DNA from: Mytilus californianus
Taxonomy: Eukaryota
DNA length: 64,000 nucleotides
Reading direction: 5' to 3'
NCBI RefSeq assembly: GCF_021869535.1
Contig: NW_026262745.1
Coordinates: 48,298,001-48,362,000 of the forward strand
The notes beneath the pieces were generated by a model. It did not search any database. It was not told the DNA's origin and saw nothing but the letters and a program-made list of their open reading frames with translations. Shown here one piece after another: positions 13,920-26,893 of this stretch (its first letter is position 1; each line of letters begins with the position of its first letter). The translations under genes and the position numbers were made by a program.

Positions 13920-14125
13920 AAAATTAAACATTGACCAATGAACCATAAAAATGAGGTCAAGATCAAATGTGCCTTGCAAGATTGACATGCTGAAGCCCGC
14001 CTCTGGGTGCAGGAATTTCCTGTTGTGTTGAAGACCCATTGGTGGCATTGGGCTGTTTTCTGCTCTTTGGTCGGGTTGTTGTCTCTTTGACACATTCCCC
14101 CGTTTCTATTCTCAATTTTATGTAT
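13920..14125. mobile_element. Junction of a HINE internal-repeat fragment and a SINE-like tail
   Basis: TTGACCAATGAACCATAAAAATGAGGTCAAG unit (as in 20822-21763), followed by ...GGGTTGTTGTCTCTTTGACACATTCCCC...CTCAATTTTAT (inverse of 48008-48140). Confidence 0.6.
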
Positions 14126-15729
14126 ACCTTACAATAATGCCATATGCCAAATATATTTGACAAATTGATTATAGTATCTGAAAAAAAATTACTTAACCAG
14201 GTAAACTAAACATCAGATGAACCATGGAAATTAGGTGAAGGTCAGATGGACCCAGCCAGAGGGATTTGACTTACATTTCAGTCCATTTTTACTTCCTAAA
14301 CTGTTTTAATCATCGTAAGGATTATTCAGATGAACCAATGCTCCATTTGATGGCTTCAGTGTGACTTCAACATGAAAAATATCTATATAAGTCCTGTTCC
14401 TTTGCTTTTTTGATTTGTTTCGTGTCATACATTACTAACCATATATTTTCTGTCCATTTAATTATGTCTTCAATGCTATGACAAGGCCATAAACAGTTAC
14501 TATCCTTATTATATCAGCAATGAAGACATGCTCTTTCTTCAGATAACTTCTGGTATTTGTGCTGCTTAATTTTCTCGCTTTTTGACCAGTTTATAGAATT
14601 TTTTAAGCACTCCAGTGACTCCATAGACAATTTCCCTAAGATATCCCATATATATGTTTGTCTTTGTCATTCCATTTTATAATTTGTTGATATTACCCAA
14701 TGGCAGAGTTTTTGAATGCACAGACATCACGTGATCTACATCAAGTAAAGCAGGAATTCTGCTCAAAAGGGAATTTTCAGAGATTTTACCCCAAGTTGAA
14801 AGCATCACTGTACTCAAGATGAAGAACAGCATACAAATATTCCTTTCTTTTGGTTTTTTTTTTTGCATGTAGTGATTTTGGGTCATGAAAAGTCTATTTG
14901 CCTTTTACCAATTTGATACTTATACCTCCAGTTGTTTTCCTTTGCCAATTGAGGACTAGTTCTATAAGGGACAAAACAGGTTGCTGCTCATGTAGAGGAT
15001 GACAAGTTGAAAATCATAGTTTTGTCCAATTTTTTATATTGATATCAAAAGTTTTTAGCTTAACAAAAGATTAAATGTGATTAGAAAAACTTGTACGCAC
15101 ATTACCAAGATGAAATTTCTCTTTCTTCCAGCTCTTCATTGTCAACGAAAATTTATATCCTTCCAAAGGGAAGTAACTCACAAAATGGATCTTAAATTAC
15201 TGTTCTATTAAGACACATAGACTATAGGAAAGTTCTGGGATAGTTGTTGTTTCAATGTGGAGGTTGAAAAGACGTATCTCGTGACATTTTCCTATGCATT
15301 CTTTTGTATTTTCAGACAGGCGAAATTAAGCAATTGGGATGAACTAAAAAGATTTTCACTTATAAACTTCAACCAAACTTTTCTATTTTGACCCTCTTAC
15401 CCCGTTGAAAACCTATCTTTAGGTGACTTAAACCATAACTTGCTGATTTCATGCAGACTTCATTGTATTGATCCCAACAATGCATAGCTTTCTGACGATC
15501 TCCAAAGTAGAAATTTGACTGGATTTTTTATTTTCCCAATCACCAATAAAAAAGCTGTCCATTTATCTGGAAACATGATTTTTTTATATTTACCATACAA
15601 CAAAATTTTGTTCTAAAACTCAAGATCTTATATTCATATAAAGTTCATCTGAAAACACTTAAACTAATAGATTTTTTTTTTATTAAATATTATATATAAC
15701 AGTCAATAGTTTATTTTGTTCCTGATCAG

Positions 15730-15918
15730 TTAGAATAAATCTGCAATGCCTTCCTCTAAGAATCTCTTATAAATTGCCATAAATTTAGCAACAAAAGCTT
15801 CAAGGTGATAAATAGCTTTCTGTCCCATTTGTAATCTGTGTTCATAATAAGCTGCAGTCTGGACAACTTCTGTCTTCAACTGACCATCACAGTTAGATAT
15901 CAACTCTTGTAGTAATCC
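15730..15918 (-). CDS. RFC3: Replication factor C subunit 3, exon 8 (last)
   Basis: cag|GLLQELISNCDGQLKTEVVQTAAYYEHRLQMGQKAIYHLEAFVAKFMAIYKRFLEEGIADLF*. Matches the RFC3/38-kDa C-terminus. AATAAA at 15715-15710 and 15684-15679. Confidence 0.96.
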   Translation of the reverse strand, partial: GLLQELISNCDGQLKTEVVQTAAYYEHRLQMGQKAIYHLEAFVAKFMAIYKRFLEEGIADLF

Positions 15919-16679
15919 CTGGAATTAGATAGTGGACAATGAACAACTGACCATCACACAATCAGATTAGGAATCAAAGCACTGTAAGCGCTGTAGGCAG
16001 TTAACCAAAAACCAAGGCAAACATAATTATGAAAACTGTGGCTATGTTGCTTCATTTTTTTTAAGATTTAAAAGAACAAACATTAAACATTCATATATTG
16101 TGCATTTATGTTCATTTAATGAATTAATTATTAAGGCAAATAATTCATATTTTATCAAGGTTTTCAAAAGCAACGCATATATCAAGTATATTTTTAATGG
16201 TCATGTGTCTGCAGTGGTACAAGTTCGAAATGATTGCAGTTGTTCTAGTTGATAGTTAACGTTGGTATTAGTTGACTGTTAGTAGTTCAAGTTGACTTAG
16301 TACGAGCTTGTAATATTATGCATGGACTTGCTTCCCTGGAAAGAAAACTGAGTTTGTGTTCTACAGTGCAAAAGTTATGAGACACAAATCAGACAAATGT
16401 TTACTACTACGGGGATCAAAGGTGAGGTCTGACTGACCTGCCCATAGTAAATGTAAATGACCCCCGCCTTCACCCCAAGTCCATGATGTCTAAGTTTGGA
16501 ATAAAATGACAGGTGATTATAATAAAGTTGGTCAAACACTCTTGGGCTTGAAAGATATGTTTTCTTTAAAATGAGCCATATTAAAATGAAATTTTTTATA
16601 GAACCAGAAATTATTCAAAATATAATTAAGGTAAATTCTTTAAACCTACTAATTTTTTGCATCTATAAAATTTTATAAT

Positions 16680-18570
16680 AAACAAGAAATAATTGTAACA
16701 GAATGCTGTTACGAAGTCTCCCAAACAAAGCTGCCATAATTATTCATTCCCATGGTCGCCTGACATTGGGCAAAGTCTAGTACACATTGATTAGGTCTAG
16801 TAAAGTGATATGCATATGTGATGCCTATGAGATTGACCTTGTATGTCATTCAAATCTGTTTGAAATGACAAACAGGAATGAATATGGTTTAGGAGTTGGT
16901 ATCTCAAACTTTTACAAGTTCTTAAAACACACACAAGAGGGGATGGGGTGACCTTAGGGACTAACCCCATATTTCATTTGATTTTTTATGTTGTCCCATA
17001 CATGAATATATATATGGTTTAGGGGTGGGGATCTCGACCGTTATCAAGTTTTCAAACAGGAGGGGGTGGGGTGACCCCAGTGACTTCCCCTATATTTCAT
17101 TTGATTTGTTATATTGCCAAATACATGAGTATATATGGTTTAGGGGGTGGGGATCTCATCTGTTTCCAAGTTATCAAACAGGAGGGGGTAGGGTGAACCT
17201 TAGGACTCTCCCTATATTTCATTTGATAAGTTCTGCTGTCCCATACATGAATATATATGGTTTAATTTAGAGGTCGGGATCTCGACTGTTTCCAAGTTCT
17301 CAAACAGGAGGGGTGGGGTGACTGCAGGGACTCCCCTATATTTCATTTGATTATTTAGTCCCATACATGAGTATATATGGTTTCGGGGTGAGGATCTCGA
17401 CCGTTTCCAAGTTCTCAAACAGGATGGTTTACAGTGACCATAGGAGCTGCCCCTATATTTCATTTGATTTATTATATTGTCCCATACATGAATATATATG
17501 GTTTAGGGTGGGGATCTCGACCGTTTTCAAATTCTCAAACAGGAAGGGGTAGAGTGGCCCCAAGCACTCAATCTATATTTCATATGATTTGTTATATTGT
17601 CCCATACATGAATATATATGGTTAAGGGGTGGATCTCGACCGTTTCCAAGTTCTCAAACAGGAGGGGTGGGGTGACCCCCAAGGACTCCCCCTATATTTC
17701 ATTTCATTTGTTATATTGTCACATACATGAATATGTATGGTTTATGGGATCATTATTTTTTTGTATGCTCCAATGAACAAATTATGTCTTTAAGAGAAAG
17801 ATATATACCTACATATTACACACAAAATCCTTCCCAATTGAAACTTTCTGGTCTATTATCACACTGTAACGTGCCACGTGTATTTTCATAATACAAAGCA
17901 TGTTACAATAACTTCATATCCACGTTGCAATTAAGAATTTTGCAAACAAATCAACCAACTATGGTTTATTTCAATTTTATTGTATGATATCACTTATTTA
18001 TTTATTGTGTGTCTTGCTTGTAAATGTATAAGTATATATGTAATTGTTAATGTATAATTGTTATCCTCTTGTAGCACCATATGTGTGCTTAAGTTTAAAT
18101 AAATTGTCTTGTCTTGTCTTGGGATCTTGACCGTTTCCAAATTCTCAAACAGGAGGGGTGGGGTGACCGCAGGGACTCCCTCTATATTTCATTTGATTTA
18201 TTATATTGTCCCATACATGAATATATTTGGTTTAGGGGTGGGGATCTCGACCATTTCAAAGTTCCCAAACAGGAGGGTTGGGGTGACCCCAGGGACTCCC
18301 CTGTATTTCATTTGATTAGTTATATTGTCCCATACATGAATATATATGGTTTAGGGGTGGGGATCTCGACTGTTTCCAAGTTCTCAAACAGGAGGGGTGG
18401 GGTAACCCTAGGGACTTCCCCTATATTTCATTTGATTAGTTATATAGTCCCATACATGAATATATATGGTTTAGGGGTGGGGATCTCATCCGTTTCAAAG
18501 TTATCAAACAGGAGGGGGTAGAGTGACCCAAAGGATTCCACCTATATATCATATGATTTGCTTACATTCA
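16680..18570. repeat. About 120-bp minisatellite array (about 11 units), probably the core of a HINE-like element
   Basis: Unit GGGATCTCGACCGTTTCCAAGTTCTCAAACAGGAGGGGTGGGGTGACC...CCCATACATGAATATATATGGTTTAGGGGTG spans about 16880-17751 and 18121-18570. An upstream end AAACAAG with hairpin GTAACAG-AATG-CTGTTAC lies at about 16680-16712. Confidence 0.85.
17752..18120 (+). mobile_element. 5'-truncated LINE 3' end inserted in the minisatellite
   Basis: Frame from 17751 reads HYFFVCSNEQIMSLRERYIPTYYTQNPSQLKLSGLLSHCN..., resembling a LINE ORF2 C-terminus. AATAAA at 18098, (GTCTT)3 tail, and flanking direct repeat (T)GGGATC at 17745-17751 and 18120-18126. Confidence 0.75.
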
Positions 18571-20821
18571 GGTATCATATAATCTAGTTGCACTATTTGC
18601 GAAAACAAAGTAAGAAACTTCCAACTATGTTAACTGACCCTTCAAAATTGAGAAAAAAATTGCAGTAATATGTTTACACTTTAAAAGCATCTTACATGCA
18701 TTATCAACATTTATCACTGATAAAGATGATTTATACTGTCACCAGGAACATATATATTGTTAGATATACTGTTCCCAGCTGTCACATTGTATTGGATTTT
18801 GACATTAAAATTTGTCAAAAAGTAATTTTGAGTTTCTGTATCAAATATTTTTTGCTTTTTCTTTCTTTTACATATATCTTTTGGTTTCCATTTCTAGTGT
18901 TTATATTTATTTACCATGCATAGATGTATTTTGTCACCTGCCTGAAATTTTTTTTTTAGTTGATCTCCAAAACCCGGAATTAACCTTATCCGCTTCCGGA
19001 ATCGGACCCGATATTGTAATTGTCTACACGGCATCCATTGTTTTTCAATGTTGTTTTTGTCAGTCAGATACGATTTTACTCGAATTTACACATTACTTGT
19101 AGGCGATTATCTGTATAAAGCTAGCGGTTGAACAAAATGAACATCGCTCTCATGAATAATAAAGATGAAAATACGTTTTGAGATCGTTTATTTAGAGACT
19201 TTGGTAAAAAGGTTTGCAAAGTTATTTTTAATTTTCTTTCAAGTGAAAGGACCGTCGGGCGTAGCTAGTAACCAAGTCGAGTGTCCGATTGCAAAAGTGG
19301 AAGGTTGCGGACCTCGGACCACCGCTAATTTGAACCCCTGCCTCCAAATTGAAAAGATACGAAAATTTCGTCTTCTAATTTGAAATTGCCGCCAACAGCA
19401 TGAACAGTGGAACTTATTAATAGACTACTGACGTAGTTGTAACACGTATTGACGACAAACAATATTCCTACGACTTTTGCCATTTGGGAAATCTAAACTA
19501 CTTGTCTTTAAAGATTTTCGGCGATTAAATATTTTATACAATTGTTCTTTGACATCTTAGCCAAAAGCACAGGGGATAATAAACTACATAAGGATTCCTA
19601 ATGTGCTCTACTTCCTATGTGCAACTTCAAAACTTTTGGGTGGTTCGACGATCATTTAAGGTTTTTTCTGGTCATATTTTTGTAATCCAGAATTAAAAGT
19701 ATGAAAAAACTTCAATTAGTTATAAATAACATTATATCCAGCTAGATAATAACAATGGCACGTATTTCAGCATTTATTGGGTAGAACACAAATCTAGGGT
19801 GCTCGCATAAGGCAGCTTAACTGCCTAAAAATGTACAGCTTTAATTGAAATCAAATTACTGTGATTCTTTAATATGCAATTTTCATTCAGCACAGAAAAA
19901 AATTCTATAGGCTGTTATGCAGACTTTGGCAAATCCAAAAAATCAAATAGCACCATAGAAAAAGTATTTCTCAATCAATGAAAAATAAAACACATGAAAA
20001 TAAATGTATCCACAGAATTTTTTTTTAGGAAGAATTACAATATTCCCAACCTCTTTTTGTACTAAAAGCTAAGTCTAAATTTGGCTTTGAAAAACCAAAA
20101 TAACTATTTGGATTAAAATAAAATATAAGGTTCACAATACTATTAATACTTATATTTCTCTGAAAGTTTCATGGAAATATCTTCAATTAGTTCAGGTGAA
20201 GTTAAGGGTAACAAGTGAAGACAGACAAAAAAAAGAGTTGCATTATGTTACTTAATATCGTCATACAACAAAACAAATATATTGGATTGTAACAAACACA
20301 ACAGTATGCAACAAATAGGATAAAGATGAAAATATACTGTAGCAAGCAAACAAAGTAGTGCCATGGATGATTGAGCACTTCCATTTCCAAGTCTCACTAC
20401 TTCTTACTGGAAAATTTAAATAGAGAAGTCATTTCTGCCTAATATTCAAAATTATCAGCAATTAGTACATTTTTCATTTGATCTTACTGCTTAATATTTT
20501 TAAGATCATTGACATGACTTAATACTTGAAAATATTAGGCAATGACGTCATGTATCTGTGCAGCGACGTCACATGCTCGTCCATCCATGTCAATTTATCA
20601 ATGAAATGCATGTGACTTCATTCATACAACCGTACAATTTTGTACCAGAAAAGTAGTTTTACTAACTATTTCATTTTATGTAATATTCTCAAACAAACAA
20701 AAAATAAGTTAAGAAAAATTGCTGATAAAAAGAATAATGGCATTTTATATTTTGATACTCACTTCATCAGCTCGCCCCAGCGGGCTCGCTTAATATTCAC
20801 GCTGTTAAAGTCAGTATCAAA

Positions 20822-21763
20822 AACAAGAATGTGTCCATAGTACAAGGATGCCCCACTCGCACTATCATTTTCTTTGTTCAGTGGACGGAGAAATACATGT
20901 ACACCTTACAATCATTCCATACAAAAATATAGTTGATCTATTGCTTATAGTTTCTTAGAAAAAGAACTTAACCCTGGAAAACTTAACATTGACCAATGAA
21001 CCATAAAAATGAGGTCAAGGTCAGGTGAACCATACCAGACAGACATGTACACCTTACAATCAATATATGCGTTAAATATAGTTGACATATATTGCTTATA
21101 GTATCTAAGAAACAAACTTAACTATGAAAACTTAACATTGACCAATGAACTATGAAAATGAGGTCAAGGTCAGATGACACCTGCCAGTTGGACATGTACA
21201 CCTTACAATCATTCCTTACACCAAATATAGTAGACCTATTGCTTATAGTATCTGAGATATGGACTTGACCACGAAAATTTAACCTTGTTCACTGATCCAT
21301 GAAATGAGGTCGAGGTCAGATGAAAACTGTCTGACAGGCACAAGAACCTTGCAAGGTATGCACATACTAAATATAGTTATCCTATTACTAATAATAAGAG
21401 AGAAATTAACATTACAAAAAATATTAAATTTTTTTCCAAGTAGTCACTGAACCATGAAAATAAGGTCAAGGACAATGGACATATAACAGACAGAAACTTC
21501 ATAACATAAGGCATCTACATACAAGTATGAAGCATCCAGGTCTTCCAACTTCTAAAATATAAAGCTTTTAAGAAGTTAGCTAAAGCCGCCGCCACTGCCG
21601 GATCACTATCCCTATGTCGAGCTTTCTGCGCGACAAAAGTCGCAGGCTCGACAAAAACTACCTTGACCAAAAATTAAACCTGTCAGAAGCGGGACAGACA
21701 GACGGACGAACAGACCGAAAAACATAATGCCCCTCTATTATTGTAGGTTGGGCACAACAAAAA
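20822..21763 (-). mobile_element. HINE-like element with about 150-bp internal repeats and two stacked termini
   Basis: AACAAG end at 20822. Repeats TTGACCAATGAACCATGAAAATGAGGTCAAGG. Hairpin GTCGAGC..TGCG..AC-AAAA-GTCGCA.GCTCGAC plus AAAAA ending at 21657. A second end with a GACA/GACG microsatellite and A-run at about 21763. Confidence 0.75.
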
Positions 21764-22850
21764 TGCCATTATTCTATATTTAGTGGTAATGCTGGTCTAT
21801 AACCTTTATATTACTTGGTTAATCTGAAGAAAAGACCTACTCAAATGAAAGCACATAAAGTGAACTAATCTCCTTATTTTCATAAACTTTGCCAAATGGT
21901 TACTAGTCATAAAAATCTATCAATGATTTTCCATAAAATACAATTAATCAAATGTCTGTTTATTGGATATATAAAACTTTCTTCCTAAATTTCAAGATTC
22001 TAAAGCAAACCACAGACTAGAGCAGTGATTGTTTGTCTTTCTTTTTTCTCTGCCTTACATAATATGCTGCACTTGGAACATTTATGTAAAGTTGTTTCCC
22101 TTTGACAACTACAGAGCTGACATGTAACTAAGTTACAAATTTACTTTTTACGTAATATCAGTAAAATAAATCTAAATTTAACCTTAAAAGTTAATGCTTC
22201 TAAACATGATCATATCTCATAACAAATATATTCAAGGTTCAGAAATAAATTTGATATAAATCAAAATAAATAAATCCATAATTAAAATTGTTCATATTGC
22301 AAAATATTTTTCTATTGATTTTGTCAAAAAGAAATATTTTACCTTCATCCAAATCTAAAAACTGCTGAAAGGAATGGTATTTTATACTATTTCTCACAGT
22401 TACTGATATAGAACACACTCATACTAAATTCAGGTAGAAATGAATAATTTTCTTTCAATTGGCAAAAATGTAAAAGTTCGAAAACTATGAAAAACCAGTC
22501 CTTTTTTAACCAAATAGCCTAATTAATATTTTTGAAGTCAGAATTAGAAATCTAGAAAAACTAGAATTTAAGGATATTTGATTTGCATTTCACATTGGTT
22601 ACTTTTGAATTTGTTCTGTATCTTTTTTTTTTTTTAGATTTTCTTCTTTTTTTTCAAAGTCATATTAAGTCCATCAATCTAAATAACATTAAAAAAAATC
22701 ATACGTCTTCAATAGGTTCCAGACAAAATAGCTATTGCTACAACCTTTTTTACTTTTTTTTCAATATCGTTTCTGTGCTTGTTTTCTTGTGAAAGATCCA
22801 GTGATATTGGCTACCCATTGAAAAGTGTAGTTTTTTCTAATGCTATCTCA

Positions 22851-23121
22851 ACAAGTGAATTTGTGAGCTACTGCTCACTAATGATACCCCCGCCCCGCTA
22901 AAAGTATAAGGTAAACAGAAGTTGTTGAGTGATGAATCTGAAAACGCATCACATGGTATAGCTGACTCATATAAACCCTGACACCAAATTTCAGAAATCC
23001 TTGTAATGTAGTTCCCGAGAAAGATGCGACGAAAAATATTCTCGAGATGGACGGATGGATGGACGGACAGACAGGGGTAAAACAGTAGTACACAGCCACT
23101 TTTTTAAAGCAGGGGTATAAA
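22851..23121 (-). mobile_element. Short HINE/DINE-1-like element
   Basis: The minus strand begins TTTTTATACCCCTGC and ends CTTGTT. It has a GGAC/GGAT microsatellite, hairpin GTGAGC-TACT-GCTCAC, and ATACCCCCGC versus GCAGGGGTAT subterminal inverted repeats. Confidence 0.7.
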
Positions 23122-23493
23122 AACAAACATCCATTACTTTCTCCATTTTTCCTGAATTTTGATCTATTATACATCATCTATTGAAAAAAAATTCCATATT
23201 AAAATCATTCTGAATTAGTAGCAACAAACATCCATAATCGCAGGCAATCTATGAACATCAAGCATGTATATGTTGTTGCACTTAGCATACCCCTTTCTTA
23301 ATTTAAAGTATCGTAAAACTGAAAAGGACAGATCCAAAAAGCACACATACTACAACTTGTCACGGTTAGGCTGCGTAGTCATTCTGTTCAGTAGATTTTT
23401 GAGAAATGGGCGACGAAAAACATTTGTTGGATAAACAGACATAAGAACAAGGTGAAAGCAGGATAGCAGAAGTTGGGTGTAACAATTAAATAC

Positions 23494-23563
23494 CTTTATG
23501 ATAACATCAGGTGGTATACAATGTGTTAACAGTTCATAAAGTCTTCCTCTTACTTCTAATAAC
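23494..23563 (-). CDS. RFC3: RFC3 exon 7
   Basis: cag|(R)LLEVRGRLYELLTHCIPPDVIIK|gt; 70 nt. Confidence 0.96.
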
Positions 23564-23924
23564 CTGTCAAATATAAATAATCATTTCTAAATCCTTTAAA
23601 TCATAATAGTAGTTATCATACATGACATATATGGGACAAATTTTTTTTACAAAACTGCAAAAATGTTTTTCTTCTAATAAAACAACCATTTTCCATACCA
23701 AATCTCCAGGTATTAAGCAGCACCTACATGTTTTACTTACAAGGTTATTATGGAATGTAGTTATAATATTTTTGAATTTTTAAGTAGGACAGTTTCATAT
23801 GTTAACTATCAACAACAAAAAACGTTCTTTTTTCCTTCAGAATTGATAAAATTACATACAATAAGGGACTCAAAAAGCACCATTATTTTCAAATAATGAA
23901 TACAGGAAATCAAGAAATTATAAC

Positions 23925-24023
23925 CTCTTAGGACTCTGTTGTTGAGCTATCAACTGAGCTGTTTCTTTAAGATACAATTCCCAGTCTGGTTCTGTCACTT
24001 CCTGATCTGCAGTGAAATTTTGT
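23925..24023 (-). CDS. RFC3: RFC3 exon 6
   Basis: cag|(Q)QNFTADQEVTEPDWELYLKETAQLIAQQQSPK(R)|gt; 99 nt. Confidence 0.95.
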
Positions 24024-25207
24024 CTGAAATGGATCAAGTTTGAAAAAATAGAAATGCAGTCAAGACTTTCTATTTTGTACTTTTGATTTGTCTTGCGAGA
24101 TATTATGATATTTTCTAATATTGTGCTACAATACTGACTTTAAATAGGATATAAGGAGTGTCAGACTTTTAATTTTAAGGCTTCCTGTTGGTAGAAAACT
24201 TTTGAACAACTTTGGGAATAAATACTTTTTGCTCTAACATAATTGTCTTCCAATCATTTAGAATTTTTCTGGTTTCTTCTGTTGTCATACCGAACACTGT
24301 TTTCTTTTAAAGTAACCAAATTAAATGAGTTACTTTTGATATTACAAAAAACAAAAATCAATCACTTAAAACCTAAACAAACTCAATATTGTCAACTGGT
24401 TGTGATTTTGAATTTTATCCATGAATTACCTCCCCTTGACCATTTTTAAGCAGCAGACAATAATTTTAAAATTCATGCATACAACAACAAAGGAATTTAT
24501 GCCATGATGGTGCTGATGATCATGTTGGATATATAAATTGTAATCAACCTATCATATAGGTTTTTCTTAAGTTTTTCAATAAAGGCCAATTTTATGACAC
24601 TAAGATTTGTGCATCAGATAAACTATCTGCTGGAAAACATGAATAGTCCATATACACACACTATTCTAAATCTAAACCAACTAAAACATCCCTACTTGTT
24701 ATTAGACATTGATAAGAAATTCTATAATAAGTGAGTAATCAAAAAAATAAAGTATCCGTAAAAAGGAAGTGACTACTCAGTAACATTACAACTCAGTATT
24801 CATCCAATCATAAGCTGGGTAACATGTACAAAAAAATCCATGCTCAATGGGAATAATAATAATTCAAATTTTGTCAAAAAGAAATTACTGCCCAGCAGAT
24901 TTGAAAATTGCTATCATGTTACAAAACAGCTTTATAAAGTTCAAGAGCAAATATTACAGCATTCCTTAATACAGAAAATTAGTAATATGTAAAATAAAAT
25001 CAATGAGGTTGTCTCCACTGGAAAAGGTATCCATTTTATGTCTTACAATTTGCATTAAAAATTTACAAACATTACAATAAACATTTTCAGATACACGAGT
25101 AGATGGTGAAATTGAACATTGACAGATGGCCAGTGACATCAAAAACACATATATATTGATCAATTAAACAAAGTGAGTTGAAAATTTAAATCCTATTTGA
25201 TATATAC

Positions 25208-25344
25208 TGTTGTACTCTGCAGGCTTCACACATCAGTATTGCACGTCGTAGATTTCTGTTACTCTTCTCTGCTATTCTTCTAGCCAGCTCTGAAGGCAAA
25301 TTTAATGACTCTTTTTTGCAAATATTTTGAAGAACTTGGCAGAC
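25208..25344 (-). CDS. RFC3: RFC3 exon 5
   Basis: tag|VCQVLQNICKKESLNLPSELARRIAEKSNRNLRRAILMCEACRVQ(Q)|gt; 137 nt. Confidence 0.96.
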
Positions 25345-25387
25345 CTAAAATAAGAATACAACTAAATAGAAAACCATGCATATACAA

Positions 25388-25967
25388 AGGAGTAGGTTCA
25401 GTAAGACCCCTTTTTGGCCCCAAAATATAGCAGTTTTACAAAATTGTTAAAATGTAAACTTTTAGCTTTTCATTGGAAATTAGAATACTTCTGTTACATA
25501 CTTATGGGCTGTTTTTGATAATACAATGCATATTTATCGGGTACTAGCATCATTAAGTCATGCTAAATTACTGAAATCTTCATAATTTTTGCATTTGAGT
25601 TGATTTTTAGGCGGTTTCCGTCTTAAATGGAAGTGGCCGCATTTGTGTTCATTCTTAATATTTAAATGTAAGTTGTATTTGATGATAATACATAACACAT
25701 ATAAAGGTTGAGGATGAACACGGATGCGGCCACTTTCATTTTTGACAAAAACCATCTGAAAAGTGACATATTCTGGCATATTTGGTAGATTTATAACATT
25801 TAAGCTTGAATATGAACGTCTTTAATGACTAAATCAGTTCAAATCTTTCACATAAATAAATTGATTCTACTAAAGTAGACACTTAAGTGTTTAAAAAGTG
25901 TCCAAAATCTTTCATCAGATGAACCTGAAATTTGGGGCCAAAATCGGCCCTTACCGGACCTACTCCT
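25388..25967. mobile_element. MITE, Kolobok-like
   Basis: TIR AGGAGTAGGTTCAGTAAG / CTTACCGGACCTACTCCT. TTAA follows the right end; the left flank is ACAA, so the TSD is only half supported. Confidence 0.6.
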
Positions 25968-26711
25968 TTAAAGAAGTTTTATTTCTTTTACCTTTTCTTT
26001 TTAAATAGATCTCAAGATCTACCCTGGTGACTTTTTGCATTGTTTAAACAAATAGTTATCATAGACTCATTTGAATTTTTTACACTTCTATTATTTTCTT
26101 ATCAAATATCTAAGGCAAGGCATATGAATGAAAGGAGATAATGAGAGAATGTGAATGAATTAGTAACAGAACAAAGCATATAAGCAAATGTCATCTCAAT
26201 AGCACTTTTATTGCAAGGAGAAAAAATACTTTTCTTGCGGTTCTTTGTTTCTGGATAAATTGTTGGCTCATTTTTTATACAGATTTTTATAATCTCATGG
26301 ACAACAGGAGAATATATTTGTTCCCACTGTTATTATGACATAATCAACCTTTAAGAGGCTTATCATTTTTGTTATTCATGGTTTCCAAAATTCTATCTTG
26401 CGAGTGCAAATTTCTAAAAAAAAAAAGAAAAAAGTCATGTTTGTTTTGTACATGCATACCACTTCAATATAGGGAGGCTAAGCTAGCTATAAAATCAGGT
26501 TTAACCCTCAGTTTTCTTTGAAAAAAATGCATGTACCAAGTCAGAAACATGAAAGTTGTTTTCCATTAATATTCATTCTGATGGTTGATATAGTCGAACG
26601 TTTGGTTTTGTCAGGTTTTAATTATTCCCCTTTTTTAATTTACCATGCAGTTTGGTATTTTTGTTAAAACTTTTGTACATTCTTAGGCTACACCCAGTTT
26701 ATAAATTGTAC

Positions 26712-26893
26712 CTCCTCTATTGATGGAGCTGGCACTCTTACTCCCAGACATCTGCTACGGATAGCTGGGATAACTTTACTGGTAGAATTACAACACAAGA
26801 TCAAACGACAGGTAGCCATGTACTTTTCCATGGTTCGACGCAATGCATGCTGGGCATCTTTAGTCAACCTGTCAACTTCTGTCAATATGACCA
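26712..26893 (-). CDS. RFC3: RFC3 exon 4
   Basis: cag|(V)[60 protein letters not shown]|gt. Degenerate Walker B (TEVD) and SRC motif; 182 nt. Confidence 0.97.

Noticed and set aside
13889-14163. Three overlapping minus-strand ORFs
   Set aside because: They lie wholly within interspersed-repeat sequence found elsewhere in the window.
14260-14900. Possible coding relic on the minus strand
   Set aside because: Only short open stretches, with no recognisable motif or consistent splice sites.
15944-15958. 15-bp echo of RFC3 exon 8 sequence in the adjacent intron
   Set aside because: Too short to support a duplicated exon; the canonical acceptor is intact.
16880-18521. ORFs and TTAGGG words in the 120-bp array
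   Set aside because: The ORFs are by-products of the repeat. TTAGGG occurs at most once per unit, not as a telomeric tract.
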